From positions 11,224,001 to 11,288,000 of the forward strand of contig NW_024704742.1 in assembly GCF_018977255.1 (NCBI RefSeq): 64,000 nucleotides of DNA, written 5' to 3'. This stretch comes from Callorhinchus milii. Taxonomy: Eukaryota. Both the position numbers and the translations under genes were made by a program. The notes beneath the pieces were generated by a model. That model saw only the letters and a program-made list of their open reading frames with translations. It was not told the DNA's origin and made no database searches. Shown here one piece after another: positions 1-12,860 of this stretch (its first letter is position 1; the number at the start of each line of letters is the position of its first letter).

Positions 1-178
1 AATAATTATTAATAATAATATCGTCACTCAATCCATGACTGTTTGTGTGCAATTGTCTGTCATCTTTCGCCCACAAAATATACAGTCACTACACTTTACA
101 GTATATTCTTGAAGCGCTTTGAGACGTCTCGAAGACATGCGCTACAGCAAATGCAAGGATTATTATATCTATTATTTT
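1..178 (+). mobile_element. 3' part of tRNA/CORE-like SINE (family A)
   Basis: Matches the other copies: ...tttcgcccacaaaatatacagtca...gaagcgctttgagacgtctcgaagac...aaatgcaaggattatta. Confidence 0.85.
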
Positions 179-849
179 GTGAGCAAACACAGCAGCCAGT
201 TTGTGTCCCACAAACAGCCAAGAAATGAATGAACAATTTTATTCCAGTTGCAGATTTAAAAAGGAGTTTAGGAGGAACTTCTTAATGTAGAAAATGTGGA
301 ACACACAATCAGATTTAGAAAGAAAGCTCACTTTGAATGTCCTTCCACAGTGAAAGTAATTCTATCAATGGTAACCATATTTTAATGTATTCAATGCATT
401 TAACAGAAAATGTGACCCACGCATGAGGGAGAAGGACACACATGGGGAAGGGATGTATGTTTAAGCTACAGATGGGAAGATGGTGGCAATGCTCTCACAC
501 ATTTCATACTGAGCTGTGTTACCCACCAGGAAGCTCGCGAGAAATTCCTGGTACCTGTCACTCATCTGGCGAGGGCTCAGACATACACTTCTCAGGTGTA
601 AAATAACTAACTCATGACAACCTCCTTGGGGGGAGGAAAGCAGGGTCTCCATGGAGCTGAACTGACTTATTTGGCAACTTAATGTCAGAATGAAGCCAAC
701 TCTCTGTGGCAGTCTCAGTAGTGCGGATCCCGGCCAGATGGGTGCTGATGACAGCTCAGCCAGTCTGGCCCATCAGCAGGACCCGGGGGGGGAGTGGGGG
801 CAGACCAGCCACCAGGGGCACGAACCCTTTCTCTCAGCTCCTGTCACCC

Positions 850-3800
850 TGCAGGCCACGCCCCAATGGATAGGATGGGCTCTGAGGGCTCAGCCGATCA
901 ACAACCGGGTGCTGCGTGACGTCATCCCGCCTCCTCATTCAAATCTCGAGGCCAGGACTCACTGGGAAGACATCACTGCCACCACATCCTCACTGAGCCT
1001 CACCAGCTCAGCCCAGCCCAGCCTAGCCCAGCCCAGTCCAGCAGGATAACCATGGCTCGCTGTACCCTCCTGTCCACTCCCAGTCTCAGCATGCACACAT
1101 TGGCTGCCGCAATTGATCCGAGCTGCTTCCCCAAGATGTTCCCGACCCCTTCCCCTTCTCTCCACTAATCCCACTCAACCCTCCTCTCCCTCCGCCTGGC
1201 CCGACTCCTATCCTTCCTCGACTCTCCCACACCCTTCCTCTGCTCCTCCCTTCACATTATCCGTCGTGCCCACCGTGGTAGATGCCGTCGGCTGTCCTAC
1301 AAGCACCCACCCTGACTGCCCCTTCCCCCATTCTCACCGCAAAGCCCACCAGCCCTCACCCACAGGAACCAACCTTTCCTCCCTCACCCACATCCCCATC
1401 CAACCCGTCTGCCAACCCCCTCCCCCCCTCATCTCCCCCACACTCCCACCACAAACTGTCCCCTCCATAATGGTCTGCAGAACGTCCACTCATTAACCAA
1501 CAAGTCCCTCACAATCCATGATCGCACTGTTGAGGAAAATATTGATATCCTAACCCTCACCGAAACCTGGGTCACCCCAGGCGACGCCTTCCCACTAGTT
1601 GAGGCCGCACCTCCAGGTTACACCTTTTACCAAACGTGGCCTAATCGCCGTTATAATATATAATAATATATTATATCATACATGTGACTCTCATCTGCCG
1701 GTCCCCTCTCGGGCTTTCCCTTTACTCCTCTGGAACCTTCCCCTCCATCGAACAGCTTACCCTCTATCACAGTCGATCATGCCATCCTCCTCCACCGCCT
1801 TTCCTCCGGCATCCACCTCAGTGGGACCGCACTCGCCTGGTCCAAGTCCTACTTCACAAACCGCCAGCAGTACATCTGCACAAACGGCTTCTCCTCCCGC
1901 TCTCACCCGGTCACCTGCGGGGTACCCCAAGGATCCACCCTTGGCCCCCTCCTCTTTCTCATCTACATGCTCCTTGGGGATGTCATGGGGTACATTTCCA
2001 CATGTATACGGACGACACCCAACTCTATTTTTCCACCTCTCTTTGTGACCCCCCCAGTCCCCTGATGTTCTGTCAGCCTGCCTGTCAGATCTCAGGGACT
2101 GGATGAGCACAACTTTCCTTCAGCTGAATGTTGACAAGACGGAAGACATACTTTTTGTCTCTCGTCAACGTCTAAAATCTCACGGCTTTCACCTCCTCCA
2201 CCTACCCAACCTCCCCCTAAAACTCTTCAAACTCGTACGCAAACTAGGAGTCAGGTTCAACCCCCAATTATCCTTCCTCCCCCACATCTGGTCCCTCACC
2301 AGCACCACCTTCTTCCCCGTCTCTGCCAATACCTCTCTCCGAAAGCCGCTGAAACCTTGGTTCATGCCTTTGTCACCTCTCGGCTGGACTATTCTAATGC
2401 CCTCCTCGTCGGCCTCCCCTCCACTACCATCCATAAAATCCAAATCATTCAAACTCTGCCGCCCGCATTCTCACCTGCACCTAACCCCAGTCCTTGCCAG
2501 ACTGCCTATCCCAGAGAGGATCGACTTCAAGATCCTCACCCTTATATCTAATTCCCTGCACTCCTCTGCACCCCCTACCTCTCTGACCTCCTTTCTCCTC
2601 AAAACAGTACCTGTTGCCTTCGTTCCTCTGGGATTGGCCTCCTCCTCGTCCCCCGAGTCCTCCGCTCTCTCCTTGGCGGCCGTGCCTTCAGCCACTATGC
2701 CCTGAGGCTCTGGAATTCCCTTCCTCACTCCCTTCACCTTGTCCCCTCTCTTCCTATTTTCAGGTCCCTGCTGAAGACCTTTCTTTTCAACCGCGCCTTT
2801 GGTCACCTTCCTCCCCATCCTCCTGGCTCGGCCCCGGGATCCGTTACTGTGAAGCGCTCTGAGACAATGTCCGGCGTGGAGGGCGCTCTATAAATCCAAG
2901 TTGTCGTTGCTGTTACCACCCCTCCAGGCTCTCCCTCAAAATCCTCCTTGTCTACCATCCTACCAAGCCTTCCCCACCTTCCTCTCGGACATTTCCACTC
3001 TCTTATCCTCCCTCTCCCTCTGCTCTGAATGCCTCATAATCTTAGGCGAATTCAACCTCCACTTCACCCTCTCCTGCTCTACTTCTGCCAACTTCTCTCT
3101 CCTCTCTTCCCTCAACCTCTCCCTCCTCATCCACTCCCTCACCCACTTCCTTGGCCACCCCCTTGACCTGGTGATCACCCGGGCCCTCACCGTCTCGGAC
3201 ATCACCATCATCGATAAAGCCATCTCGGACCACGACTTCATCTCCCTCAACATCTCCATATCCCTCCACTTCCTCAACCCTCCACCATCACATACCGTCC
3301 ATGGAAAAAAAAATCCTCCCTCTCCCTCTCCACTGCCCTGGAGTCATTTGAACTCCTTCACCTCTGGCCCTGCCTGACTGATCTCCCCTCCTTACTCTCT
3401 TTTCTCCACAACTACCTCCTCCATTCTGGCCTCCCTTGCCTCCCTCACCTCCCGAACTGCCTGATACTCCCGTAAATCCCCCTGGTATACCAGCCATCTC
3501 CGTTCCCTCAAGGCACAAGTGCGAGCTGGCGAACACGCCTGGAACAATTCCAAACTAATGGTCCATCGGCAGATCTGGCTACACCACACCAAGATCTACT
3601 GCTGCGCTCTTGCCTCCACCAAATTCTCCTTCTACTCCAAGGCAAAGGACAACCCCCGGCTTCTCTTTTCCACCACAAACTATCTCCTCCGTCCACCTTC
3701 CCACGCCTTGCCCATCCTCTCCTCAAATTCCAACTGTGCTGGATTTACTCGAAAACAAAATTGAGGGGATACGTTCAGTCACCTCTGCCCCTTCTCAACC

Positions 3801-5487
3801 ACCCCCACATCAGCTCTCCTTCGACCCTATCTCTCCCTCCTCCCTCTCCGTGATTGTTCGCAAATTCAAACCCACCACCTGCTCCCTCGATCCCATCCCT
3901 ACCTCTCTCCTCGTCTCCCAGCTCCACCTTCTGGCCCCTCTCCTGTCCAACGTCATCAACCTCTCCTTGTCAAACGGTTCAGTTCCAAGCCCCCTAAAAA
4001 CATCTGTCATCACCCCCATCCTGAAAAAACCTTCCCTGGACCCATCCCTACACTCCAGCTACCGCCCCATCTCTAACCTCCCATCCCTCTCCAAGGTCCT
4101 GGAACGAGTCATAGCGACCCAGCTCCGCTCCTTTCTCTCTTGCCATTCCCTTTTTGAACCCCTCCAATCTGGTTTCTCTGCTGTCCATAGCATGGAAACA
4201 GCCCTGGTCAACCTCACTGATGACATTCTGAACATCTGTGATCAGGGCTTCCTCTGCCTCCTTGTCCTCCTCAACCTCTCTGTTGCCGACCACTCCATCC
4301 TCATACACCGCCTCTCCTCCTTAATCTTCGTGGACCTATCGTTGCCTGGTTTGATTCCTATCTCTCTCACTGTCTCCACTTTATTGCCTCTAACGGTTTC
4401 TCCTCCAGCCCCCACACTGTTACATCTGGCATCCCCCAGGGCTCTGTCCTTGGCCCTCTCCTCTTTAATGTCTACATGCTCCCCCTTGGTGACATCATCC
4501 GCAGACATGGGGTCAACTTCCATATGTATGCGGATGACACCCAACTATCTTTCTACCTCCACCATCAACTCCAGGACCACTGCTGTCCTGACAGACTGCC
4601 TGTCGGACATGAAGTCCTGGATGAGGGCAAACTTCTTACAGTTGAATGTGAACAAGACTGAGGACCTCCTGATTGGTTCACGCCAGCGCCTCTGCACCTC
4701 AGGCTCTGGCAACATCAACCTCCATGGTTGCACACTACAACTCACCAATCCAGTCAGGAACCAATGTGTCTTGTTCTCAACTATCATTTCTTCCCCACAT
4801 CCAAGCCATGAACCGCTCTGCCTTCCCTCACCTCCGTAACATCACCCGACTCCGCCACAACCTCACCCCTCAGGCTACTGAAACTCTTGTTCATGCCTTC
4901 ATCACCTCCAGGCTCGACTATGCAAACTCCCTGCTTGTCAGCCTTCCCAACTCCTCCCTCCACAGGCTACAGATAATCCAGAACTCTGCAGCCCATGTCC
5001 TCTCCCGCACCAAACTCCATGACCCCATCTCCCCCATTCTCTCCTGACTCCATTGGCTCTCTATCCTTCAGAGGATCCAGTTCAAGGTCCTGGTCCTCAC
5101 CTACAAAGCCCTCAATGGTCTCGTCCCACCTGATCTCCTAATCCCCTACCAGTCCACCCGCTCCCTCTGCTCAGGCTAGCTCCAGCCTGCTCCACGTCTC
5201 CCAACCCACCCGCCCCACAATTGGTGGGAGAGCCTTCAGCCACTCTGCCCCCAAACTCTGGAACTCCATCCCCCAATCACTCTGCCTCGCCCCCTCCTTA
5301 GCCTCCTTCAAGTCCCGCTTCAAAACCCTCCTCTTCGACCATGCCATTGGCCACTTCCCTTCCCCTCCCCTCCCTTCTCCCCACCCAACCCCAGCTTAGG
5401 TCTGAAATGCTGTGCACTGTCCAGCGCCTTGGGATGTCCTCCTGACATGAAAGGCTCTCTACAAATATAATCTTGTTGTTATTGTTG
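850..5487 (+). mobile_element. Near full-length decayed L2-clade LINE (APE endonuclease + RT), interrupted by a second L2 at ~1769-2913
   Basis: EN motifs QNVHSLTNK...LTLTETW (from 1478), LIILGEFNLH, GHPLDLVITR, SDHDFI; RT motifs PTTCSLDPIPT, SYRPISNLPSLSKVLE, FHMYADDT, LQLNVNKTE; (TTG)n-type tail at ~5473-5487; many frameshifts; 5' boundary uncertain. Confidence 0.85.
1769..2913 (+). mobile_element. 5'-truncated L2 LINE (RT C-terminal half and 3' tail) nested in another L2
   Basis: [51 protein letters not shown]; tail gaagcgctctgagac...ctataaatccaagttgtcgttg. Confidence 0.88.
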
Positions 5488-5630
5488 GTCCTAGCGAGAC
5501 AAGTAGCAGGAAAGCTTGCCAGGCAGTGGTATCAATGGCAAACTGTGCAGTTTTAGCTGGATGGATTCTAGCAGTACCTCAATGCACACTCTGTGGTCCC
5601 AAAGCCTTGGCCCTTACCAACCTGTGCCAA

Positions 5631-6011
5631 AATAATAATAATAATAACAATAATCCTTGCATTTGGTATAGCGCCTTATCACATCTTCGAGATGTCTCAA
5701 AGTGCTTCACCGCATATATAGTCAAGTTAATTGACTGTATATTTTGTGGGCGAAACTGGCAGCCAATTGCACACAGCAGTGTCCCACAAACAATCGTCGA
5801 TTGAGGTGACCAATTTATAATTTTTTTAAGGGATTATTACCCCCGGAAAAGCGATCCGGCAATCGACTAACAACTGGGTTCCTACTTACTGTTAGGTAAA
5901 CAGAGGAGTGGGGAGTAAGGAAACTTGCCTAATGTTTCGCCCTGCATGGGAATCAAACCCAGGTCCTCTTGTTTGTGAGGCGAGTGCTCTAACCACTAAG
6001 CTACAGAACTC
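5631..6011 (-). mobile_element. Full-length tRNA/CORE-like SINE (family A)
   Basis: Reverse-complement tRNA head (A/B boxes) at ~5940-6010 and (TTA)n tail at 5631-5653. Confidence 0.9.
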
Positions 6012-6159
6012 AATCTCTCCAGAATACTCTCCAGAATTAGGTAAACAGGATATGTCCCTCCAGAGTGCGAATGCTCATTCCATTCCAATAAATACCTCGG
6101 GAATTTGCATGTGTGGTTGGGATGCATGGAACTCTGTTTGGTTTGAATATTCGGAAGCA

Positions 6160-6310
6160 TAATGATAGGTTTCCGCAGATGTCAGACACCTGACTGACGA
6201 GAAAAAAGAGAGATATGGGAGAGGGGTGGAGGCTCTTGCAAAGTGTGAACACAGGCATGGATTAGTTGGGTGAATGGCCTGTATTGATCTAAAATAGTCT
6301 ATGTAATTCT
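6160..6310 (+). mobile_element. Degenerate CR1-type 3' end
   Basis: gatatgggagaggg...aacacaggcatggattagttgggtgaatggcctgt...ctatgtaattctgtg resembles the CR1 tails at 35280 and 38357. Confidence 0.5.
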
Positions 6311-6774
6311 GTGCAAATCTAAGTGTATTGCTTAAGACCTTTTGTTTCCTGAGCACTTTTATGACGGCAAGAGATTGGCATTCTGAACCACTATGTCTTT
6401 ACTTGGCATTTGAAACATCCCACTGTCTAACTCACACCCACTGTGAAATGAATGGTGGTAATATGTCAGTTCAAAATAAATTAAATGGATCTGAGCTGTG
6501 CTGCATTTGGGTTTCCTAAAGTTGGCTGCAGTGAACTTGGTGGGGGAGTGGTGAAGAGAAATGATTTCCGCTCCAGTGTGAATATATACATACATTGAAG
6601 GACTTAATTGCATTTGTCTCTGACTCTTACTCATGCTTGAAGAGCCTCCAATATTAACCATTTAAGGGCATGCCTGAATTACTACCAACAATAGGTATCA
6701 AACACTGCACTGCATTGCCCCTCTTCTTGATATTGAAGACCACTGTCTTTTATTTTGGATCAGTCTCATGTTTT

Positions 6775-7040
6775 CAAGTCACACTTCAGGACTTGACATT
6801 CACAGTCTTGGTTCCAATGCAGTGCTGGGGTGTCCTGAATTGTTGGAAATGCTGTCTTTCGAGTGAGATGTTTAATCAAGGTCCCTTCTGCCTTTACAGA
6901 TGGATGGTAAAGATCCCATGGCACCATTCGAAAAGAGAAGGGAGTTTCACCTAGTGTTCTGGCCAACAATCCCCCAAATCAAATAGGACACTCACTTCAT
7001 GGCTTCTTGTGGGGCATTGCTTTGCACAAATTGGCTGCAT
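6775..7040 (+). mobile_element. Deu-type (SacSINE1/AmnSINE1-like) SINE fragment (family B)
   Basis: gctgtctttcgagtgagatgtttaatcaaggtccc...ggtaaagatcccatggcacc...gctttgcacaaattggctgc; matches the other family B copies. Confidence 0.7.
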
Positions 7041-7245
7041 AACCAGTAGAGGGTGCTGTAGATGGACCAGAAGCAGGAATCCTCATTGGTTCCCTTCCTT
7101 AATCCTGGGAAAACCACGGATAACTGAGATCAATTTAGGCTCCCCTTGCTACCAGGTGAGACAAGCAAACTCAGCACTGACCAGAATTCAAAGCTGTAAA
7201 CTCCTGGTCCATAAACTGCAACTCTAGTCACTGAACCATCAGCAT
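7040..7245 (-). mobile_element. Old tRNA-derived SINE fragment (family C)
   Basis: Weak inverted similarity to 26605-26950 and 57600-57880. Confidence 0.4.
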
Positions 7246-7699
7246 TGCCCCCAATAAATTGTGAACCAAGTTATGTACTAAAGATAACTGCACAACTTGT
7301 CAATTATTTGACAGGGGAAGTTAGACAATCTGTCTACTCATTCCCTGCTGCTGCTTTTTTCCTGTGTCTTCAGACAACACAGTGTTACTAACATAGATTA
7401 CACTGAGCACAGACACAAGTGTGTTTGAACAAATCAATTCTGAACAATGAGAATTAACTAGTCTTCCTGTTCAGGATCAATGAAGTATATGGTGGCAGCC
7501 CCACTAGGGTTCTATATGATTTTCAAATTAAATCAAGTTGTGCAACCTAAGAGCAATGCCGAATATATATGATTAATTACACAACGTGATTTAGCCAGAA
7601 GCCATCGGAAAGCTGTGGTTGTATACCACAAATAAAAAAAATGCGTTCAGGGTAGGAGATGGCACAATGCAGTTTCTTCAGCTGTTGCAAAATGTGTAC

Positions 7700-7995
7700 A
7701 GCAACAACAAGAGTTTTCATTTATAGCACCCTTCACACGGGGTAGCGTCCCAGAGCGCTTGTACTAAATGTGTACTAATGTGGACAAAACAATTAAAAAT
7801 AATAATCCTTGCTTTTGTCAGGAGGACATGTCAGGAGGACATCTCAAAGAGATTCACAGTGCAAACAACAGCTAATTTGCACACAGCAAAGTCCCACAAG
7901 CAGGCATGAAGTGAATGACCAAATTATATTGGCTAGGATACCAAGAGAAACTCCCTTCTTTTTTTAAAGTAGTACCAATGGATCTTTAATGGATC
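7700..7995 (-). mobile_element. L2 tail plus Deu-type SINE 3' fragment
   Basis: caacaacaag...ttatagcacccttcacacgg; aatttgcacacagcaaagtcccacaag...ggatctttaa. Confidence 0.6.
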
Positions 7996-8234
7996 TTTAT
8001 TCATGTAAAATATGTGCAAATTACTTAGTCATACTAAGTATGGGCTATGCTGCTAATTTTCTAAATATGGGCAACTGACATTTGCTCTGGTGTGATTTCC
8101 AATTATGTTGTTATTATTGCAAGCTAACAGTTAGTTTGTACAGATTTTGCAGTAATGTTTCAAGCTATGTGTCCTCCCAGAGTTATAGATGCTGCCATCA
8201 GAAGTGGTGATATATCTTTAATGATCAGGTGCAT

Positions 8235-8555
8235 AATAATAATAATAATCCTTGCATTTGATATAGCGCCTTATCACATCTTTGAGACGTTTCAAAGTGC
8301 TTCGCAGAATATACTGTGAAGTATATTTTATAGGCGAAACCCGGCAGCCAATTTTGCACAGCAGTCGTGGATTGAAGTGACCAATTTACTTTTTTTAAAG
8401 AATTATTACCCCCACAAAAGCGATCCACCAACTGACTAATAACCAGGTTCCTACTTACTGCTAGGTAGTGTGTGGAGTAAGGAAACTTGCTCAACATTTC
8501 ACCCTGCCAGGAATCGAACGCAGGTCTCTCGCTTATGAGGCGAGTTGGTAGCTCA
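8235..8555 (-). mobile_element. tRNA/CORE-like SINE (family A)
   Basis: (TAA)n then tccttgcatttgatatagcgcc...ggaatcgaacgcaggtctctcgc. Confidence 0.9.
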
Positions 8556-9149
8556 TATAAGGTGTGACATTCCAACCGAGATTTGTAGAGTTAATTCCTG
8601 AATTTAGAAAACGTGATACCACAACCCATACTTAAGTTCCAGCAACATTCTGCAGGCTTTTCTTTCAAGCATTAAAATTGTCATAGTATCATTAAAACCC
8701 CTTAATTGCTCATCATTATTCGCTGAGCTATAGACCAGTGTTACTTCATTCTGTGAACTTTATTACCTTAGACTGCTTTAAGACCAGTGTGTAATTGTTA
8801 CACTGCCTTTTATCAGATCTCCCTCTACCCAGACATCATTTTGCACAAAGAATATCCTCCCACACTTAGTTTACTGACCTTGAGAAGGGATAGGCCTGGA
8901 GGAGGCAGATCCAACAGACCTGGTTACTGTTGATAAATTACTGGACCAAGAAATTATAATTCACTGCACAGTGATTCAGATATGCCACACCTGCACAATC
9001 TATGGGGAATATTAATCTTTCTTGAAACTTGTAGCTTCCATAAGAACCATTTTTAAGAAAAACAGCTTTGAGACTTGACCAGCTCATCTGATTTAACACA
9101 AAGAAAAAAGTCTTCAAAACGTTTCATCAATAAGATTTAAAATTATTAG

Positions 9150-11005
9150 GTGTCAGCCTGGTAGCACTCACTCCTCTGAATCAGAAAGTCATGGGTTAAA
9201 GCACTATATCAGGACTTTGAAAGTCAAGGGGATCGGCTCAGCTGCCTCTGCCCTTACGTCACTACCTCCGCCTATCTCCCCTTTACACCCTGGCCCCCAG
9301 CCATGCCTCCTTATGCACATTCAAACCTGTCTCCCATTCCTCTTTCACCACCACGATAACCTGTATAAAACGGACCATCTGCTCCCTTGACCCCATCCCT
9401 ACCCGTCCTTACCTCCCAACTCCGCTACCTTGCCCCTCTACTCACAGACATCATAATCCTCTCCCTGTCCACTGGTACCATTCCCACCCCTTTAAAAACG
9501 GCTGTCATCACTCCTATCTTTAAAGAACCCTCCCTGGACCGATTCCTGCTTTCAAAATATCACTCCATCTCCAACCTCCCTTTCCTCTCCAAGGTCCTGG
9601 AAATAGTCATTGCTTACAAGCTTCGCTCCTTTCACTCCCACCATTCCCTTCATGAACCCCTCCAATTAGGTTTCAATGCTGCCCACAGTACAGGAACAGC
9701 CGTAGTCAAAGTGACAAATGACATTCTGCCCATCTGTGACCAGGGCTCCCTCTGCCTACTCATCCTCCTTGACCTCTCTGCTGCCTTCAACACCATTGAC
9801 CACTCTGTCCTCCTCCACCTCCTCTCCTCTAACCTCAACCTTCAGGTTCTGTCCTTGAAAGATTCAGATCGTACCTCTCGCACCATCTCCACTTTATCTC
9901 CACAAACGGTTTTTCCTCTAGCCCCTGCACCATCTCGTGCAATGTTCCTCAGGGCTCTGTCCTTGGTCCCCTCCTCTTCAATATTTATATGCTCCCTTTT
10001 GGTGACATCATCCGCAGACACGCAGTCAACTTGTATGCGGATGACACCCAACTCTATCTCTCTGCCTCCACCCTGGACTCCAGGACCACTGCTGTCCCGA
10101 TAGAATGTCTGTCAGACATCAAATCCTGAATGAGAGCTAACTTTCTTCAGTTGAACGCCAACAAGACCGAGGCTCTCCTGATTGACTCCCATCAGCACCT
10201 CCACACCTCAGGCATTTACAGCATCACCATCCATGGATGCACACTCCACCTTGCTAAGCCAGTCTGGAATCTTTGGTGCCTTGTTTAACCTTCAACTATT
10301 CTTTCTACCCCACATCCATTCCATGATCCGCTCTGCCTTCTGCCACCTCCGCAACATCACCCGGCTCCACCACTGTCTTACACCACAGACTGACGAAACC
10401 CTTATACACTCATTCGTAACATAAAGCCTTGACTATGCAAACTTCTTGCTTGCCGGCCTCCCCAACTCCTCCATCCAGAGGCTGCAGATCATCCAAACCT
10501 CTAGAGTCCATGTCCTCTCCCACACCAGGCTCTGTGACCCTATCACCCCCATTCTCGCTCAACTCCACTGGCTTCCCTCCATGGGCTTGCTCCCCCCTAC
10601 CTCTGCGACCTCCTAACCCCCTACCATCCTGCTCGTTCCCTCCGCTCAGCGTGCTCCAGCCTGCTTTACGTTTCCCGCCTTGCGTGCTCCATTGGTAGTC
10701 AGGCACTTTGCCCCTAACCTTTGGAACTCCATCCTGCAGTCGATCGACCTCGCCTCTTTTCAAGACCCATTTCAAGATCCTCATCTTCGACCATGCTTTC
10801 GATCATCCTTCTTCCCCCACTGCCTTCCACTCTCCCCAATCCCAACCCCCAGGTCGGGTGCGAAACACTGACTGGCAGTGTTCATTCACCTCATTGGTGT
10901 GTGCAAAATGCTTCAGCGCCTTGGGATGTCCTCCCAATGTGAAAGTCGCTATACAAATGTAATTTTGTTGTTGTTGAATTCAGTCTAGGCTGACACTCCA
11001 GTGCA
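9150..11005 (+). mobile_element. Deu-type SINE 5' part split by an L2 insertion
   Basis: tgtcagcctggtagcactc...tcagaaagtcatgggtt at 9151-9221 resumes as tctaggctgacactccagtgca at 10984. Confidence 0.65.
9225..10976 (+). mobile_element. 5'-truncated decayed L2 LINE (RT)
   Basis: [44 protein letters not shown]; (TTG)n tail. Confidence 0.9.
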
Positions 11006-12289
11006 TGTTACAATACAATGCAAAATTATATTTGTATAGCACCTTTCACATCGGGAGGGATGTCTCAAGTCGCTGTGGGACGTCCCAAGGTGCTGAGATA
11101 CGATGCATCGCTGAAGGAGCTCAAAGTCCCAACATGCAGCTTGAACGCACAAACGTCTCAACCAGATTCAATAGTGCTGCCAACTGAGCCAAACTGGTAC
11201 CTCATGTTGCATTGCTGTAGCAAACACGAGATCTTCAGAAGGAATTCTGAGTTAGGGTTCTCAGGTAATGTATTCCTGGAATGAATAGAGGTGTGAGACA
11301 GCAAAGGCATTGATCTCCATCTTCTCCCCTTGTTTCCTGGGCATCCCATTCTCTTTCTCTCTCACACTGAGTCATGTTAGTAAGCTCAAAAAAAGTCAGT
11401 GTTCATGCACTGATGGTATCCACATTGGTAAGGATGTACATATGTATTAACACTTCCAGTTTAAATATTTTATTCACCTGTAGTCCTCATATTTCTTTCT
11501 CCGTTTGGACTTTGTACTGTTTGCACAGAATATATTTAACATTAATTTTTGTGCACAGAACCATAGTTTATGCTGTTGCAAAGAGCCACTTCCATTTTGT
11601 ACTTATGTCTCTCTAAATGACACATTTTTATGTTAAGAAAATCATCCCGGAGAGATAGATGGCACAGCCATTTCTGGGGGCAAAAAAACCACACGCAAAC
11701 ACTGCAGAGCGATTTGGTATGCAAATTTACACGTCTCAATATAATGCACTCCCCAAATGACATGACCCATCTAAATTCATGCTTGTCATGTACTGCTCAG
11801 AATTTCAACCCCTCGCTGTGCTACTGTTCTTTGTATATTCACTATTCCTGTACCAATCTGCAAAACCACAAATGTAAAAACATGACACATTGTGAAGAAA
11901 TAGAGAACAGATGGAATCTATTAAACCTAATCATGTATAATTGTTTGACATGGATCACAGATGCCGTTGCAGTTCTTCTTCAAGTTCAAATTCCAAAAAT
12001 AGAATATCAGTCACGCCACCTTTTAGAGTAAATAAACAGTACAAATGGCTGTCACAGCTTACAAAAGCTTTCCAGATCTATACAGCATTTGCAGTATAAA
12101 TACAGGGTGTTGCAAAGAATACCTTGGCTGTTGCTTCTGACTGAATTGCTTGTGGAGACAATGGTTGCATTGAAGTAATGGAGTGTGATTGAATTTTCTA
12201 TGGAGATGGCTGTGTCAGAAATACTTCTGTCTGGTTGAATTTCCTTAGTGAAGTACAATCTTCGTTGCCCAATTATCTCAGCATTAGAT

Positions 12290-12860
12290 TTTATTTTTCC
12301 CTCTCTATCTGAATGGCAGTTATACAAATGAAGAGGTGAGGTGTTCTCCTGCTTTCTGCCCTCCTGTGTTAAAAGGCACAGGCTCATGTTGGGGTACTGA
12401 TCTCCAGGTACCTCGCCCAACAGGCATCTGTAGATCTGCATAGAGGGCATAATTTGAGCAATTGAACATGAGTAGCATACCAACCGAGTCTGACGCTGTC
12501 CACATCTGTCATACACGTTCCTTTTGCAGGATGCATTCTGTACTCATTTGAGTGAACCCTGGCTCCTTGAGGGGAGTGGGGTCTCCTTGGTACTGAACTG
12601 GTTCCAAGGAGAAATGCTTGGCAATGGAATGTCAGAATCCAGCCATCTCTCTGTGATGGTCACAGTAGTCTGGTTCCTGAGCCAGGTGGGTCCGCAGTAT
12701 TCCAGGGCAATGCTGATGACAGCACAGCCAGCCTGCCTCATTGGCAGGACTTGAAAGGGCAGACCAGTCACTGGGGCCAGGGAGGCATCCCACTTAGCTC
12801 CTGTTAACCCTGCAAGCCAAAGCCCGAATGGGTAGGGTGGTCCTAGCTGATCAAGCCTTC
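12290..12860 (-). mobile_element. Old SINE-like element (family C-like), degenerate
   Basis: ccaggtacctcgcccaa and flanks resemble ancient vertebrate/shark SINE bodies (recalled, unverified). Confidence 0.3.

Noticed and set aside
809..822. CTCF site CCACCAGGGGCACG
   Set aside because: One G short of the core spacing
3610..4839. 409-aa ORF as an active reverse transcriptase
   Set aside because: Drifts in and out of the L2 frame; the YADD motif is in another frame, so it is a dead copy
12052..12516. 154-aa minus-strand ORF
   Set aside because: No recognisable domain or splice structure; overlaps a probable old repeat
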